DNA from: Ascidiella aspersa
Taxonomy: Eukaryota
Length of the DNA stretch: 64,000 nucleotides
Assembly: GCA_963924565.1 (NCBI GenBank)
Contig: OZ004615.1
Coordinates: 7,192,001 to 7,256,000 of the forward strand
Direction of reading: 5' to 3'
The translations under genes were made by a program, and so were the position numbers. Position 1 is the stretch's first letter. Every line of letters begins with the position of its first letter. Below, piece after piece: positions 1 to 14,100 of this stretch. The notes beneath the pieces are model-generated. The model did not search any database. It saw only the letters and a program-made list of their open reading frames with translations, and had not been told where the DNA came from.

Positions 1-313
1 CGGTCCCCTAAAATATTTTTCTGCCTCGCGTGGACCACAGAAGGCAAAAAATTCTAATATGACGTCATAAATTGACGTCACAGTACAAATAAACTTTATA
101 AATCTGTTGATTTTGGTTCAAAAATGTGAAAGTGAAATGGAGTCTAAATAGGATTCAGTGCAAAACCGTTTGATTTTTAATCAAACTGTTTTCTTTAAAA
201 AAATGATTACTTCCTAAATATACTCCTAATATTTCAAGTAGGTCTTTATGGACCCCCTTAAACTAGTTCACGAAACCCCAAGGGGTCCATGGACCCCAGT
301 TTAAGAACCCCTG
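1..313. mobile_element. 3' part of a hAT-like MITE, truncated by the window start
   Basis: Ends in ...GGGGTCCATGGACCCCAGTTTAAGAACCCCTG, a CAGGGGTTCTT-type terminal inverted repeat (TIR) with a subterminal hairpin. Confidence 0.6.
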
Positions 314-3096
314 ATTTAGACCAAGATTTCTGCTGCATGTTTGCGCACAACTTTCATCGAGAGCCTCGGGCTTCCTAAGGTTGGGCTACTCATTTTATGA
401 CGTCCCGCTTTAACATGCGTTCCAGTAAGAAAAAAATATTTGCTTCGGTAAGACATTTCTTTTACTTTTACCCCTGAGTATTTGGTAAAAATACCGACAG
501 GCCGTAAAGTAGAGTTCTGGGATAGTTTAACGTAACGCACTTGGGTACTTTTAATAACTCGTCGTAATTTGAACAATTGGCAGTCGTGATCATAGTTGTG
601 TCCAATGTGAAAAATGTATATTACCTGAATTATTTACAAGACTACAAAAAAAAGTGTTATGTTAAATTCACTCACACAGTTTATTCGCTGTGAACTATAG
701 AAAGAATCATGGCGTGCTATTTCGAAACGTTTTTTTGTTATGGTTGGTTCTTAAACTTATAAACACTGTCGGCCCTTTACAACAATGCATAAATCATCAC
801 CCCCTCCCATATTTGATGTCATAAAACAATTAGTCTTGAAATACGTGTGTTTTCTGGCAAACTTGTGTATACAAAGGCAGCCGAAATCCAATTTAATGGC
901 ACGCTGAATTGACTTCCATAAGGCGTACGAAAATATAGTAGATAGAATAGAAGCTCCATCGAGGCGAACATTTTTTTTAATGATTAGCAGCAATTTTGGT
1001 CAGCTGTAGTGGCGAATCACTTAGTCTGTTAAATAGCAATTGTGCTACGCCCGAACTTTTCTGGCGCAACTAAATTCTCGCAGATTGTACGCGGGCCACA
1101 CACACCAAGAATCGAGATTTGTTTGTGTTAGACCATTTTGATGGAAAGCGCAGTGCGTCTACTCTATATGACACCTTTTAAAACTTATTTGTTATATTTG
1201 CGTTTCGTTTTTGCTGCATGCATCGATCTCGTTAAAACACTTTTTGCGCGAAACGATAACCTTCTTAGTAATTTGGCAGTTGTGTAGTATGCTACACCTA
1301 TATAAGATAAAAAAAAATTTAAGGATGAACACATGGTTTCTTATAGCCCGAGAATATCTTGCGTATGTGTTATATTGACGTCTTAAATGAAAAGTGATGT
1401 TAAATATGCAACTGTCTCACGCTTCGCGCGTACCATTTTCCCCGGTGTTATTTACACTCGATTCCATTTCCACAACTGCACACGGGTTTGAGGATAGCCT
1501 CAGGTTTCTTGAGCTTATAGGTCTTTCGACGTTTCTTTTTACCCAAGCTTTGTTACGTCATAAAAATTTAATGTCGCGGCCGAAAGAAAATAGTTGATGT
1601 ATGTCACCCGAAAAGGCTATGCAAGAAATATTGTAGCCCGCGATTCTATCAACCTTGCAAATGCCATTTTGCGCACGCGCCTTTGGGTTAACTTTATCCG
1701 TAAATAATTTAATAGGTAAACATTGCAAAAAGATTTGCGTAAAGCGCGGAATTTTTTGAAAATAAATTGGCAATTAGGGGTCATAGTCCCTTTTATCCCT
1801 TAGACAACTGGCAGGACGTTATATGAGTGCTTCCCAAACGTTAACCAGTTTTAACAGTGCATTTCAAGCAAAAAAAAAGTTTTGGACTCACTTAGTTTTT
1901 CTTAAGTTCAAATTTAAGAGCATGCGCTATCTTTTTTTTTATTAATATTATTACGCTGAAACAACAAAATAGAAAGACGGACGAGAATAAAAAAATAGCA
2001 CCTATCAAGAAGCGACAGGTTGGGCTAAAGGCCACGACCTTGTAATGACGTGCCTTACCACTTGCGTAACATTTTGTGATAAAACAATTCATGCCCAGTA
2101 AGAAAAGCACGAAATTATTCCAATAATATTAAACCGAAGTTCAAAAAAAAACTTATATAGTTTTCAATAAACAGTGGAAACTATTCTGTTGTTTTGACAT
2201 TAAAAATGCCGTTCATTTCTAGTAATCGGTAATTTATTCACTGATCATTCAATTTATTCCAATGCAACCACTGATTTATATAGAGATCAGTGAGTAGAAT
2301 ATATTTTAATATTATAATTTCATAGATCAGTGAACGCAATATGTCTGCCGAAAATATGCGAAATACGTTAAGAGCTTAAGGATTTAAAGTATTTTATTCA
2401 TTCTGTGTTTTAAAGTTAAATGGAAGTTTAAAACGTAATAAAAATTTTCTGCCTTTCAAAGTTCGTTTTTTACTAGAAACAAATTATCTTTCGCAAAATA
2501 TCGTTAACTTACACAAAACTTTTAATAGAAATATTCCATTTTGCTCCGTGTCATCCGGATGTTACGCCAACTGTGACAAGTGGGTTTGCTTTTGTTTTGC
2601 TGTAATTAAAGTCCATAGAAATTTGTATAGAGATCAGTGGTTGTAATCTTTTTCTATTTTTGTTCATTAAGTTGTTATATGAACAAATTACCAGTGTTGT
2701 AATGAATTGAGTCAATGACTTGACTTAAGTGCACTTAAGTCGCTTTTTTAAACTTGAACTCCATTTATTGTTTTAAATAACTTGTATTGAAATTAAATAT
2801 ATTTTATTAAAATTGGGTTATTTATCCTAATTTTTGAACGTAGATAAATTTAGTGGTAATATTATGCATTTTTTGGTATTTTTTAGTTGAGATGTTTCTC
2901 ATAAACAATAAATTTTATTAGTTTTCATGATTAGTTAAAGTTTCGACTAACTTGGTCTTACAGTCTTTTAACTTTACTTGTTTGCAAAATTCTTGAATGG
3001 AACAGTCATTTTAAAATGGCGCTCCAAAATGCATTAAGTGGCCAATTTTGCAATTGAAATCGATCATTATCAAATAAACAAGCAATTCAAAAATAA

Positions 3097-3369
3097 GGCG
3101 CTCTTTCACTATTGTACGTAAAAATTAATAAAAAAATTTTTTTCTTTAAATGCCGCATACCACAACACATATTGTTTGGGTTAGGGTGTGGGTTAGCGTT
3201 TGGTTGAGGGTGGGTCAAGTTATTATTAATAATAAACATAATATTACTTGACCCACCCTCACCCAAACGCTAACCCGCACCCTAACCCAAACAATATGCG
3301 TTGTGGTATGCGGTATTATTATTATCTTTTTTTTGCATATCTTTTCACGTACAATAGTGAACGAGCGCC
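3097..3369. mobile_element. Foldback MITE, telomere-motif family type A
   Basis: Near-fully palindromic: GGCGCTCTTTCACTATTGTACGT...ACGTACAATAGTGAACGAGCGCC, with inner arms GGGTTAGGGTG..GGTTAGCGTTTGG and an 8-bp TSD AAAAATAA. Confidence 0.85.
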
Positions 3370-3432
3370 AAAAATAATAATGGCTTTGGTTTGGATATTG
3401 TTTCTGGAAAATGTTTAAATAGTTAAAAATTG

Positions 3433-3635
3433 GGCGCTGGTCTAGAATCCTACCACAACGAAACACCATTTGGGTTAGGGTGCAGGTTAGCGTTTGGGTT
3501 AAGGTGGGTCAAGTATTATTATTAAATTAGGAATATAATATTACTTGACCCACCCACACCCAAACGCTAACCCGCATCCTAACTCAAATTTTGTGCGTTG
3601 ATATTATAACTGTGGTAGGATTCTAGACCAGCGCC
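3433..3635. mobile_element. Foldback MITE, telomere-motif family type B
   Basis: TIR GGCGCTGGTCTAGAATCCTACCACA with the same inner arms as type A; 8-bp TSD AAAAATTG. Confidence 0.85.
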
Positions 3636-5123
3636 AAAAATTGTGCTGCATTGAAGTAACTCCTGTAAATAAATTGCCGATGAACTGCAGCCTTCACAGC
3701 GGAAGTTTTGTGCATGATTGCGTAAAAATAAAAAATAAAAAAAAGGCGTAAAAATCCCTTGCACAGACTGACTGTTAAACAAATGGATATTTTTATAGTA
3801 ATTTGGGTGTATTTCTAAAAAAGTAAGTTACACACCCATTTTCCAAAAAATTATGCTTGTTGGCATTGATCATAAGATGTGGTAGGATTAAAAACTGCCT
3901 GAGCCCAGGTTGAAAAGATTGGCCCTCAGTTGCAAAGTCAGCTGTGTTCGTAGCCGCGCATATGTGTAAATTATGTCGGCAAATGCGAAAAACTTAGCCC
4001 AAGCTTTTGGTTTTTGTTAGAAATTCATTAACAGGCATGCAAATTTTACAAGTAATGTTATCACAGGTATGTGAATTTTAGGCTACATGAACATTTTCCC
4101 CGCACAATTTTCAAAGTTTCCATATGGGGTGCACACAGCAGTGTGACATTTTTAGTTATGGGTGCAATATCTCCTTTACAGCCAGCCTGCGTTTGATGTT
4201 ACCTGATGTTTTAAAGTGTGCAGGTGTGATTTTACGCACTTCTGAGGTTCAGCTTTCTACCACAACCAAATCTTTCTTTTAAATGTAGCTGTGTGCAATA
4301 TACTAATTCAGATATGCCCAGTGCCCACCAATTGCTTTAAAAAAAATCTCGGGTGTGCACCTGCCACAGAATGCAATTGGTTTTATGGGACATGTTAGGC
4401 ATCTTTATGCTCCAGTGTTGGGATGTATCACTACCCGCTTGCCAATGTAAGTGCATTTGCTATGGACGAATACTGATTGACACCACTCAATGGCGAGAGC
4501 CTGTGGACAAAAATATGTTGTTGTTCTCACCTGATGATCTTCATTTGTTGATCTGCGATAAATTGTTTTAAACGCCCATAACTAAAGGCTAAGTATTTCC
4601 GTAAACCGCGAACAATTTATGCTTTTGCCTTACATGTCTTAGAAGGAGAGTTTTGCCACAGAAATGTCATAACAAATAAGTCACTAGTGTAGTATTAAGT
4701 TGTTGATAGGGAAAGATAAAAGTGGATAAAAATTCTACCCACAATATTCCCCATAACTTACTGTGTGACAAGATGCCCCTGCATAATTTTTTGTTTTTGT
4801 TCCTTTTGATTTCCAGAATTAGATAGCAAATTGCTTTAGATTTTTTAATAAATATTTTTGTGCAAGTTTTGACTTATCGCCAGCCCTATGACATTAGTTC
4901 CAAGTTTAGTATAATGTTGTATTTTTTATGTTTTTGTTGTATTTTTCATGTTTATTCAACTTTCAAGGTATTTAAACATAACATAGTGGCAATATGCTGT
5001 AAAGGTAAAACTTTCTGATCTACGATCAAGCATCGCAGCCGAATCATCAAGTAAAAGACTATTTACACTGGCGGACTTACATTGAATTTTTTGGTTTAGT
5101 GATCACTTCATTGGAAATAAGGC

Positions 5124-8100
5124 ATGTCAAGCATGTCGCGATAGTAAGTTTTTTTTACCAATAATCAAGAAAATAATTAGGAATGTTTTGTTAAATTCCA
5201 ATAGATGTGTTTTATGCTGTTGTTTTAGCAGTAAATTGTATAGTATTTTTTTGAAAGCATGGACAGCATTGCTATGTGCAAGTTCACTACTAGGCTTATC
5301 TTATTATATTGGATCGGACCTGTTACCCGATGCCAAGTGCTAGTATCGATACTCAGTCAATATTAGGTTGGTACCAATGCTGCATAGATTAGAAATTAAA
5401 GCCATGATTTGCTATCCAATGCAGTGATTTTAACTTAAAAGGTAAATTTGTCCAAAAATAACTTCTGGTTAAAAAATGGATCTAACTAAACTTCTGCCTT
5501 TACAAGCAAATTTTGGGTGAAAAAACCTACAAAAAATTAGGGTTGGCAAGCCTGTCAATTGACCGGTCAAATACGGACCGCACTTTATTTAACCGGTCAA
5601 ATACTCATATTAGATTCAAATGTTGTAAATTTGAGTTTTAACTTTTTAATAATCTTGGTTGTCACTTTTTATAACAATTCAAATATGAAATGGTAGGTTT
5701 ACCTGATGCAAACACATGTTCTGTGGTAATAACGCACACATGTTCTGTGGTAATAAAGTGGTTGTAATAGCAAAGTAGATTTATTTATTTAGAATAAATG
5801 CACCTATATGTTGAATCGCGTTTGTCATAAAAGAAAATAATAGTTGGGGTATACCACAATTTGAGGCTACTAAGAAATTTAGAAGAACCAAATGCCTTAT
5901 CTCCCATGGACCCTGGTGATGATTTAGAACAGTGTGGTCCAACTGCAGGCCCTTGGCCCGCGAACTGATAGTCAGCTTTGCTTCCATCTAGCAATATCAC
6001 TTCAATTTTCGTTATTGTAATTGACAAAAAAACTTTGTGAATGATCGTTTGTGATTTGTAACACCACTAAGCAAAAGTGTATAATATCACATGTAATGAA
6101 ACATTTATCGTATTGCGTTAACTTCAATTGTGTTGCTGACCGTAGCTGAACAAAGGTGTAAATTTCATAAAGTTAGTATATATGCCATAAGCATAGGCTA
6201 TGTATAAAGCAATAAGCCTAAAAATCGCTATTGAAAATATTGGCCCGCAAGGTAAAATTAATAGTTTTTGGCCCGCAAGATAAAAAAAATAATTTTTGGC
6301 TCGCGATGAAAAGATGTTGGACCACGCTGATTTAGAAAATTCAGAGTGACAAAAGTTGTGATAAGGAGTAAAAATATTTTTTTACTGATGTATTTACTTG
6401 TTGTTAAATCTCGGTAATAAACTTGTTGGCTTAACTTGGTGGTTGTAGTAATGGTAAAAATCACTACAATACTGCTATAGTATTGCTTGCAAGATGTACA
6501 TGGTTTTGCAAAAAATCTTATTGATAGTCAAAAAATAATTTATTCGATTTTACAAACCATTGTACTTGAGCCAAAACGTTTGTATATTTATTTAAAGTTA
6601 AAATCAAGGTTTATTTTTAACTTTAATTGCATTATGATAGTGTGTTTAGTATTTGACCAATTTGACGAGTATTTGACCGGTCAAATGCCCAACCCTACAA
6701 AAAATACTTTTGAATGTTTTACTTTTATCTATTTTGCTAGTTTAAAAGTAATGACATCATTTGGTATCGATTACACTACTACCTTTTAAATTTGTTTTTT
6801 GTCGATATATATTTATCTGTTGTGTTTGTGGTGAAACTGCATACTAGTACATTGTGTTCATGCCTTGAATTCAAAAATAGATTTTCAGCAACCTATTTGT
6901 TGTCTTCATTACCTAGTGAGCCAGGGGGATTTTCTGGAGAAGCCTATGACAGAAATGTGTTCGAGGCTGGCTTGTCAACTGTCAATAAGCTGCAAAGAGA
7001 TTACTGGAATGCAAAACAAGTTCTGAGGAAAAAGTTTGGCAAGTCGGATGACGAATGCATCATTTCCAGTGACTCTGAGCTTGATTCTAAGCTTGAGGTA
7101 AGTGACATGAAAAGGTTTTTCTTACAGGTTCCGCATGCTTAAGTGAATTTTGCTGTCTTAAGACCATAATTGCCTAATTATTTAAAATTCATACATTGTT
7201 TTCACTGGGTTTACGAAGTTAGCTGAAGTCACTCAGCCTACAATGGATTTTGAATCAAGCAAGGCTAGAAAAAACTTGGGTTGGAAGCAGGGCTGTGGAG
7301 TTGGACTTGGGACTCGAGGAGTCGGTTTGTTTTTGCTGGAGTCGGACTCTGGACTCGAGTAAGACCTCTCGGGTTATGACTCCGCGGCCCTGCTCAGAAA
7401 TCTGAATTAATCAGCTAGGGCAGGATTAACTGAGTTATGTTTGTCTATGTTTATACAAATATATATACATTATAGGATCAATGTCAACCCATGTTTAAGA
7501 CTAACAATGGCACTATTTTGTGCTGTAGTTCATTTAGTTGAGTGACATTTCAACTAAATTGTTAAGTTTAGCAAGCTTTATATTTTTTGCCTTAATTGCA
7601 TTGAAATCGTTTTTGGACTGGCTAGTTTAAGTTAGTCCCTGCGTACAGTGCACGATTGGTATAAATGCTTCCTGAATCCGTTAACTTGGAACATAAACTA
7701 TCTGCATTTCTGTGGCTTCATTTCTCAATTTCCCCCATTTAACAAAAACAAAGGCTCGACAAATTTTGCTAGTACATGTGATTAAAATGAGTCCCTCAAA
7801 GATATCCAGAGAATTTTGCTAATAGCTTCCACAAAACTCAAAACTTTGCTTATTTAAAACTTAAATCTGATTTAATGACAGGGTAGTTCGGTATGGAAAT
7901 GTGGGTAATTATTCTTATGGTGTTTGTAATTTGAAAATATAGCTTTTATAATAAAATTAAATTTGTTGCAGCTCTTTCGCTCTGTTCAATCTACATGTGT
8001 TGACCTTATTAGAGCTGTTGAGGCCTATCAAAACTGCATCTGTGGTAAGTCTAGCAGTTAGGCAAACAGGTGATTTAGTAAAATATAAATCATTTTAAAA

Positions 8101-11100
8101 TCAGTATATGATTGTGCTCCTGAAAAGCACCAAGTTAAAAAAGAAAAGTGACCAATACACTTAACGCGATTTTATTCTTAAAAATTCAATGTATTTCCTA
8201 AGATTTAGTTAAAGCTACAATGCACTATATTACAGTTCAAAAAATGTTTTTTTAATTTGGAAAGATTTCCCAAATTTTCGTTATGTCTAAACCAGCGTGG
8301 TCCGCGAGTTCAGCTTATTTGGCCCGCGAGCTGATAGTCAGCTTTGGTTCAATCTGGCAATATCACTTCAAATTTTTTTTTTTTTAATTTTTTGGTGTTG
8401 AAATTATTTCATAACTACCGTAACTGAACAAAGGTATACATTCCATAAAGTTAGTATATATGCCATAGACTATGTATAATTTGCCAGCAATAAGCCTAAG
8501 AATCCCAATTTAAAAACAGTGGCCCGCAAGATAAAATAAACCTTGTTTTTGGCCTGCGATGAAAATAGACCACCCTGGTCTAAACAATAACACTGTGATT
8601 TTTTCAGTGCTATCTCGTGATGAGAACTCAATGGGAAGGTTTTTAAAGGACCAAGGCTCTCAGGATAAAACACAGGCAGGCAAAATGATGGCTGCTGTTG
8701 GAAAGTCGCAATGCTTCACAGCACAGCAACGGTATGTTTACATAGAAAATAATTGTGCTATAAAATAAAGCATTTTGTTAATTCATTCAGCAAATATTAA
8801 TTTGTTATATCTGGTTGTAATTTCGATATTTTTAATACACTCATGTATCCGGTGCCATCAGTGTTTTTATAGCATTACTGTTGTGCTTGGCCCTATAGAT
8901 TTTATGTGGCACAAAGACAGGAAATTGTGGCACATTTATCAGTACACAGCATCGCACATGCCTTTACTGCCAGCTTAACAATCCTAAGCTGCACAGAAAC
9001 GGAACCTGTCAGTTTAGTTCTTCTAATAATTCCTTCGTTTTATTATGTCAAACTAACCAGACAATTGCTCATATACTCCTTTTGCTAATAACTTTTGTAT
9101 ATGGAATTAACTACACATAGACATCAAAAGCACAATATCAAGGCTTGAAGTTAAATAAATAATAAAATCTAAGACAGATAAAGAAACATAAATTGAACTA
9201 GCAATAGTTCACATATAAATGTATGAACATTATAACTGATTTTTAATGTAAATAATAACTAACAACACCAATATGTTTAAATTTAAAGAAAAGTACTTGA
9301 CAATAGTTAAAACATATCTGTCTGTTTAATAAATAATATGTATTTTTCAAGGGTATAACTTGTTTTTGCCTTTTTACTGTTTAATTCTTTCACAAACATA
9401 GCTTAATATGAATTGTGACATAGTTTCAAAATGAATTGTGACATAGTTTTTCAAGGTATTTATCCAGTACACACTTGTATTCTAAAGATGTTGATTTTTC
9501 GTAAATTACATATGAAGTGTATGTTTGATGTACATATCATATGGCAAACTGATCATCCAGTAGGGGTGCTTTAGGTATAGAACAACTTTGTTGAAACTAG
9601 CAAATTTTCCAAATGAACTAAAGATGGTACAAGCTCATATTGAAACGTCTTAATCAAGATAATGTCGATATACTCGATGTTTTTATCTTTGCAATTCATT
9701 ATCAAACTACATTACAGATCCGTGCATAGTGTACTCAAGTAATTTACTTTTCTCTATAACAGATTAGCGATGCGTAGCCCACTCGGACGTCTTCATCACG
9801 ACATTGAAACATTTCGGTACCGTGCCGTTGGCGACAGTATGCTCTCGATTGATCACATGGAAGAAGCGCGTACCCATTACCGCGCCTCCCTTCGTTGGAT
9901 GCAGGACATCTCTTCTAACTTGGATCCAGAGCAGTTTAAGAAACTTGAAAAATTCAGAAGGGTAGGAATCAAACAAATAGTTTAAATAGACTCTGAAGAT
10001 GACAAGAGTTTGTGAAAAATAGTATTTCATTGCACTGTCATATGCTTCTCATATGTCATATATGAAAAGTCTGTTGGATTAAACTACATTTTTAACTCTG
10101 TATTTGATAATGCTGAATAATCCCTTTTCAGTCCTAATTGATTAAAACACATGACAAAAACAAAAATTGAATCTTTGTTTGTGGAAAGATCCGCTTATAT
10201 TAAAAAAAAAATTATTATAAAGTTATTGAGCTATTTTTAGTGTAAAATTCGTAAAGCATATTTGGTTAAAAACTGGTTTGTTTTTATGAGAATTTAGCTG
10301 TTATAATCTTTCTGTAGAAATATTTCCTAAACTAATTTCAAAAACTTTGATTTATTGAGATGGTATAACCAACAAAATAATAATGCATTTTAGGCCATGA
10401 AAAAAACATTTAGCTGAAATGTTGTGGTCTATCTAAAGGAAAACAAAACTTAACTGCAAAAAGTGTCATTTATGAACCATATTCTTTTGTTTCAGGTCCA
10501 AAATGAAGTCCGACTGAATAAGGATAAATTTGATCGCTTGAAGTGGGCCGTTTGTCAAAAAGTATGGATTTAGCTTATACTGTATATATATTTTTTATCT
10601 TTCGTACACTAATCATCTAGCCATACACCATTTACAATTAAATGGTTTATTGAGTTCCCATTGATTGTCTGTGCTTCTCAAGCCTTTTTCATAGCGACCT
10701 AAATTCTTACTGTTAGTATAATGGTGAAGCTTTGGCGACCCAGTTATCTTTGCTAAGCTTTGTGCAAGCTTAAAGTGAACAAAGAAGAAATACTACTTAA
10801 TAAATTCAATTTTAATAAACATGGGTAATAATGTCTTCTAATGGATTTCACAATTTTTGAAAATTTTTACTGAAAACCAATCTGAATAAATCTAATCATG
10901 TAACTACTTCAGTCGGCAGCCCAACTAAATTCAATAGCAACCTATTTTTTGTGACCCTTAGGTTGAGAAACACTGTTCTGAATAACGTTTTCAAGATAAT
11001 TATTGCTGTTATCACTTATCAGATATCAAATTATCACATTACAAATTACAACAAGGTTTTTTTCAGGTAGCCAATCTACATTATAATTTTCTTCATCAAA

Positions 11101-14100
11101 GATTAATTTGCAGTTTCTTCAAAGTTAATGTATATAAATGAAACACTTTAAAATAAAAGTGATGTTATTAAATATTATGAAAACATAATAATAATGGTGA
11201 TGAAGCGATTTATTAACTTGCTAACTATTTTTTCCTTAAACTGAATAATTTTTCATATCACAGACATTAGTTCAAGAATCTTTTTTTTTTAATTTCACAG
11301 GTTGATCTTTTGTGTGCATCTCGAAGCAACCTGTTTTCCACCATACTTGTGCCATATCAAAATGAACTGATAAAGTTCTGGGAGAAGACAGCAAGAACCA
11401 TGTCTGCTGTTCTGGAAAACATTAAAGACTACCAACATTATGAGTTTAAGTTGCTCAAGGTATAATACCACAAAACTATTGATAACACCTATTTAAATTT
11501 GACCATCTTTATTTCTGTGAAATTTTGATGGTCATATCTCTATCTTTTTATTTTACACTTTTAAAAAATTCAACGTAAGCAAATCACTTAACTATATCTG
11601 AAAAATGATGACTTTGAAAAAAAAGGTGATTTACTGATTTCCAAGTGTTTGGTGTGCCCCTGTTATTTTTAAGAACTTTACCAATACTGCAACTTTGGTT
11701 TCAATTTGATACACTTGTAAGAACTGTTTACTGTTCTATTGTAGTGTTGACTTTTTCCCTGCAGTCTTCTGTTAAAAGGCTTGACTTTTCTTTAAGAAAA
11801 TGTGTGTTCATGATTTAGTTTTGTGTTTCATTTCGACCAGTGGTTCTCAACCTTTTTTCGCCGCATACCATCTCGAGGTTCTATGATCTTGTTGCATACC
11901 AACAAATTATCTAAAAACTCAACTTTACTTAAAATATATATAGGATTATTACCACAGCCGGATTAGCTAATTGGTTAGCCCAGAAATTTCGAAACAAATG
12001 CGGCCCACTACTCTGAAAAACTCGTTTTTAACTTTGCAAGATACCTGTAGTCAAGTTCTGTGATTCTCTGTTGTTTTCCTATGATGTCATAAAGGAACCT
12101 TTTGGTAAAACTGTAATTTTACTTAAAATCATACTGCGTACCACCCAAAATGACTTCACTAGTGGTACGCGTACCACAGGTTGAGAACCACTTCATATGC
12201 ATGACTTTTATGTCTCATTGTTGAGGCCTGTTGATTTTGAGGTGTGTTCTTATCTTCATTTTTTATTTTTACAACTTGTTTTCCTGCTTGGATCGGCAAC
12301 TCTCTTGTCTAACTACAAAGGGGTTGAATCCTATGCAGGACATCGACTCAGCACAAAAGAAATCAGATGAGGAAAAACAGTCTGATGACAATGATGATGC
12401 CAAAGATAATGATCAGCAGTAAGAAATTATTTGTGGAAAATATAGTTGTAACAAAAATCAATGACATATTTAACTAAGTGAATGGCGTCTGGTAGTTCTG
12501 TTACTTTTTGTTTATTAACATTGTAGTGTTGCCTGTTTTTTTTGGTATATACTGTGTACCACCTGATGATCATTTTCTTGGTGAAATGTGAAGTGGTAAC
12601 TACCTAGCAAGGCTTAAAGTTGATTTTCTTTAATAGTAATATCCCAATTTTAAACAATAACCAAGTTTAACAAGTGATTGTTTTTTGGAAAATTTGTTAT
12701 TGAAATTTGTAATGTCTATTATTGTACAAATGGTATTAACAATAATTGTCAACTTTTAAACATTTGTTATTAAAAAAGAAAAATATGTTGTTTATAGTAA
12801 GTGATGTTATCTATTTTATTTTTCCTAGGTTGATCAGCCTAAGCGACCAGGAATTTACTGATGCCAACATTGAGAAAATGCAGGAAGCTTTTGATAATAT
12901 TAACAAGTCAGGAGCTACTGGTAATGGCGACACAGGTAAGCGGATAAAGCGATAAAGCAAAATAGCTGATTGACAGGTGTTTTGAAGTTGTACATTTTGT
13001 GTGTCTTTGTATTACGTAAACATCTATTCCAAAGTTAAAATGCTTTGAAATATATACCTTTTTTTATATTTATCATAGTATTGTAAGTCTTGTAGTTCAA
13101 TTGTTTTTTTTTATACTATATTTAAACTTCTATTAACGGTTTTCAAGTAATGTTTCAATGGCAGAAGAATGAATTGAAGAAACCACATTTTTTCTTATAT
13201 GTTTGATCCTTTGGAAATACAACATAACTTTGTTTTATAACCACCTAAATGACCATTGATAAAGGTGCCAAAATAACCCGATTTCTAGAAAACTATCTTG
13301 GAACTTAGAATTTCCTAAAGAAATAGCTGTAGTGCAGTTGACCACAGGGTTAATCCTCAACAGCCCTGCATGTAATTGACAATATCAACATGCAGGTATA
13401 CTAACTGTGGTGAAATCGATTAACATGTCAAACATATGGTCTAAGCTTATTTACTAACTTTTTGCATTGCTGGATATTTTTATTTTAGGTAAATCTTGGA
13501 AAAATCGTTGATAAAATACTGGCATTTTCAACAACTTATGTTTTAATTATGAAATTTTAACTTTATATAACATATCAAATTAAACAAAATCTTTTTGTTT
13601 GGAAAACACATAACTCAAGTCATTTCCACACTGTAATTCACAATTCTAAACTAAAAATAGTTGTTTACCGAAATTCGGTGTTTCATAGATTCCATGTTAA
13701 ATTTTTACGATGCCGAACATTATCCTAATGACCAGTCGGTTAGGCATGATGATGTCTATCATGACATTCGGTACTTAGACGAACAAAAAATGGCCGGTGA
13801 TCTGCTTCTTGGTGGTAAGACAATGGCCGTGTGCGGAAAAACTAAAAAAAAATGGTGTCGCAAAATAATGCATGGCATACTTTCCTTTTTCCAGGCGTCC
13901 ATGAATAGCTGCATTCTTTTCAGCAGCAAATTCAAATTGATTGAATTTGTTTTTTGCTTATTCTAAAATCGTATGCCTTGATCTCCAGTGCAGTGAATGT
14001 ACCTGGATTTTTTGTTTTGCAACGATGTACTAAAAAAGTTATTTAAAATATGGTATAGCTTAGCAGACCAAATTCAAAGTTCTGTCTAGTTTCATTCGAG

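Noticed and set aside
316-2110. Short ORFs upstream of ICA1, including a basic minus-strand peptide at about 1450-1550
   Set aside because: No recognisable homology and no consistent exon chain.
3178-3290. Interstitial telomere or chromosome-fusion site
   Set aside because: Only one or two TTAGGG units, embedded in a TSD-flanked palindromic element with several dispersed copies.
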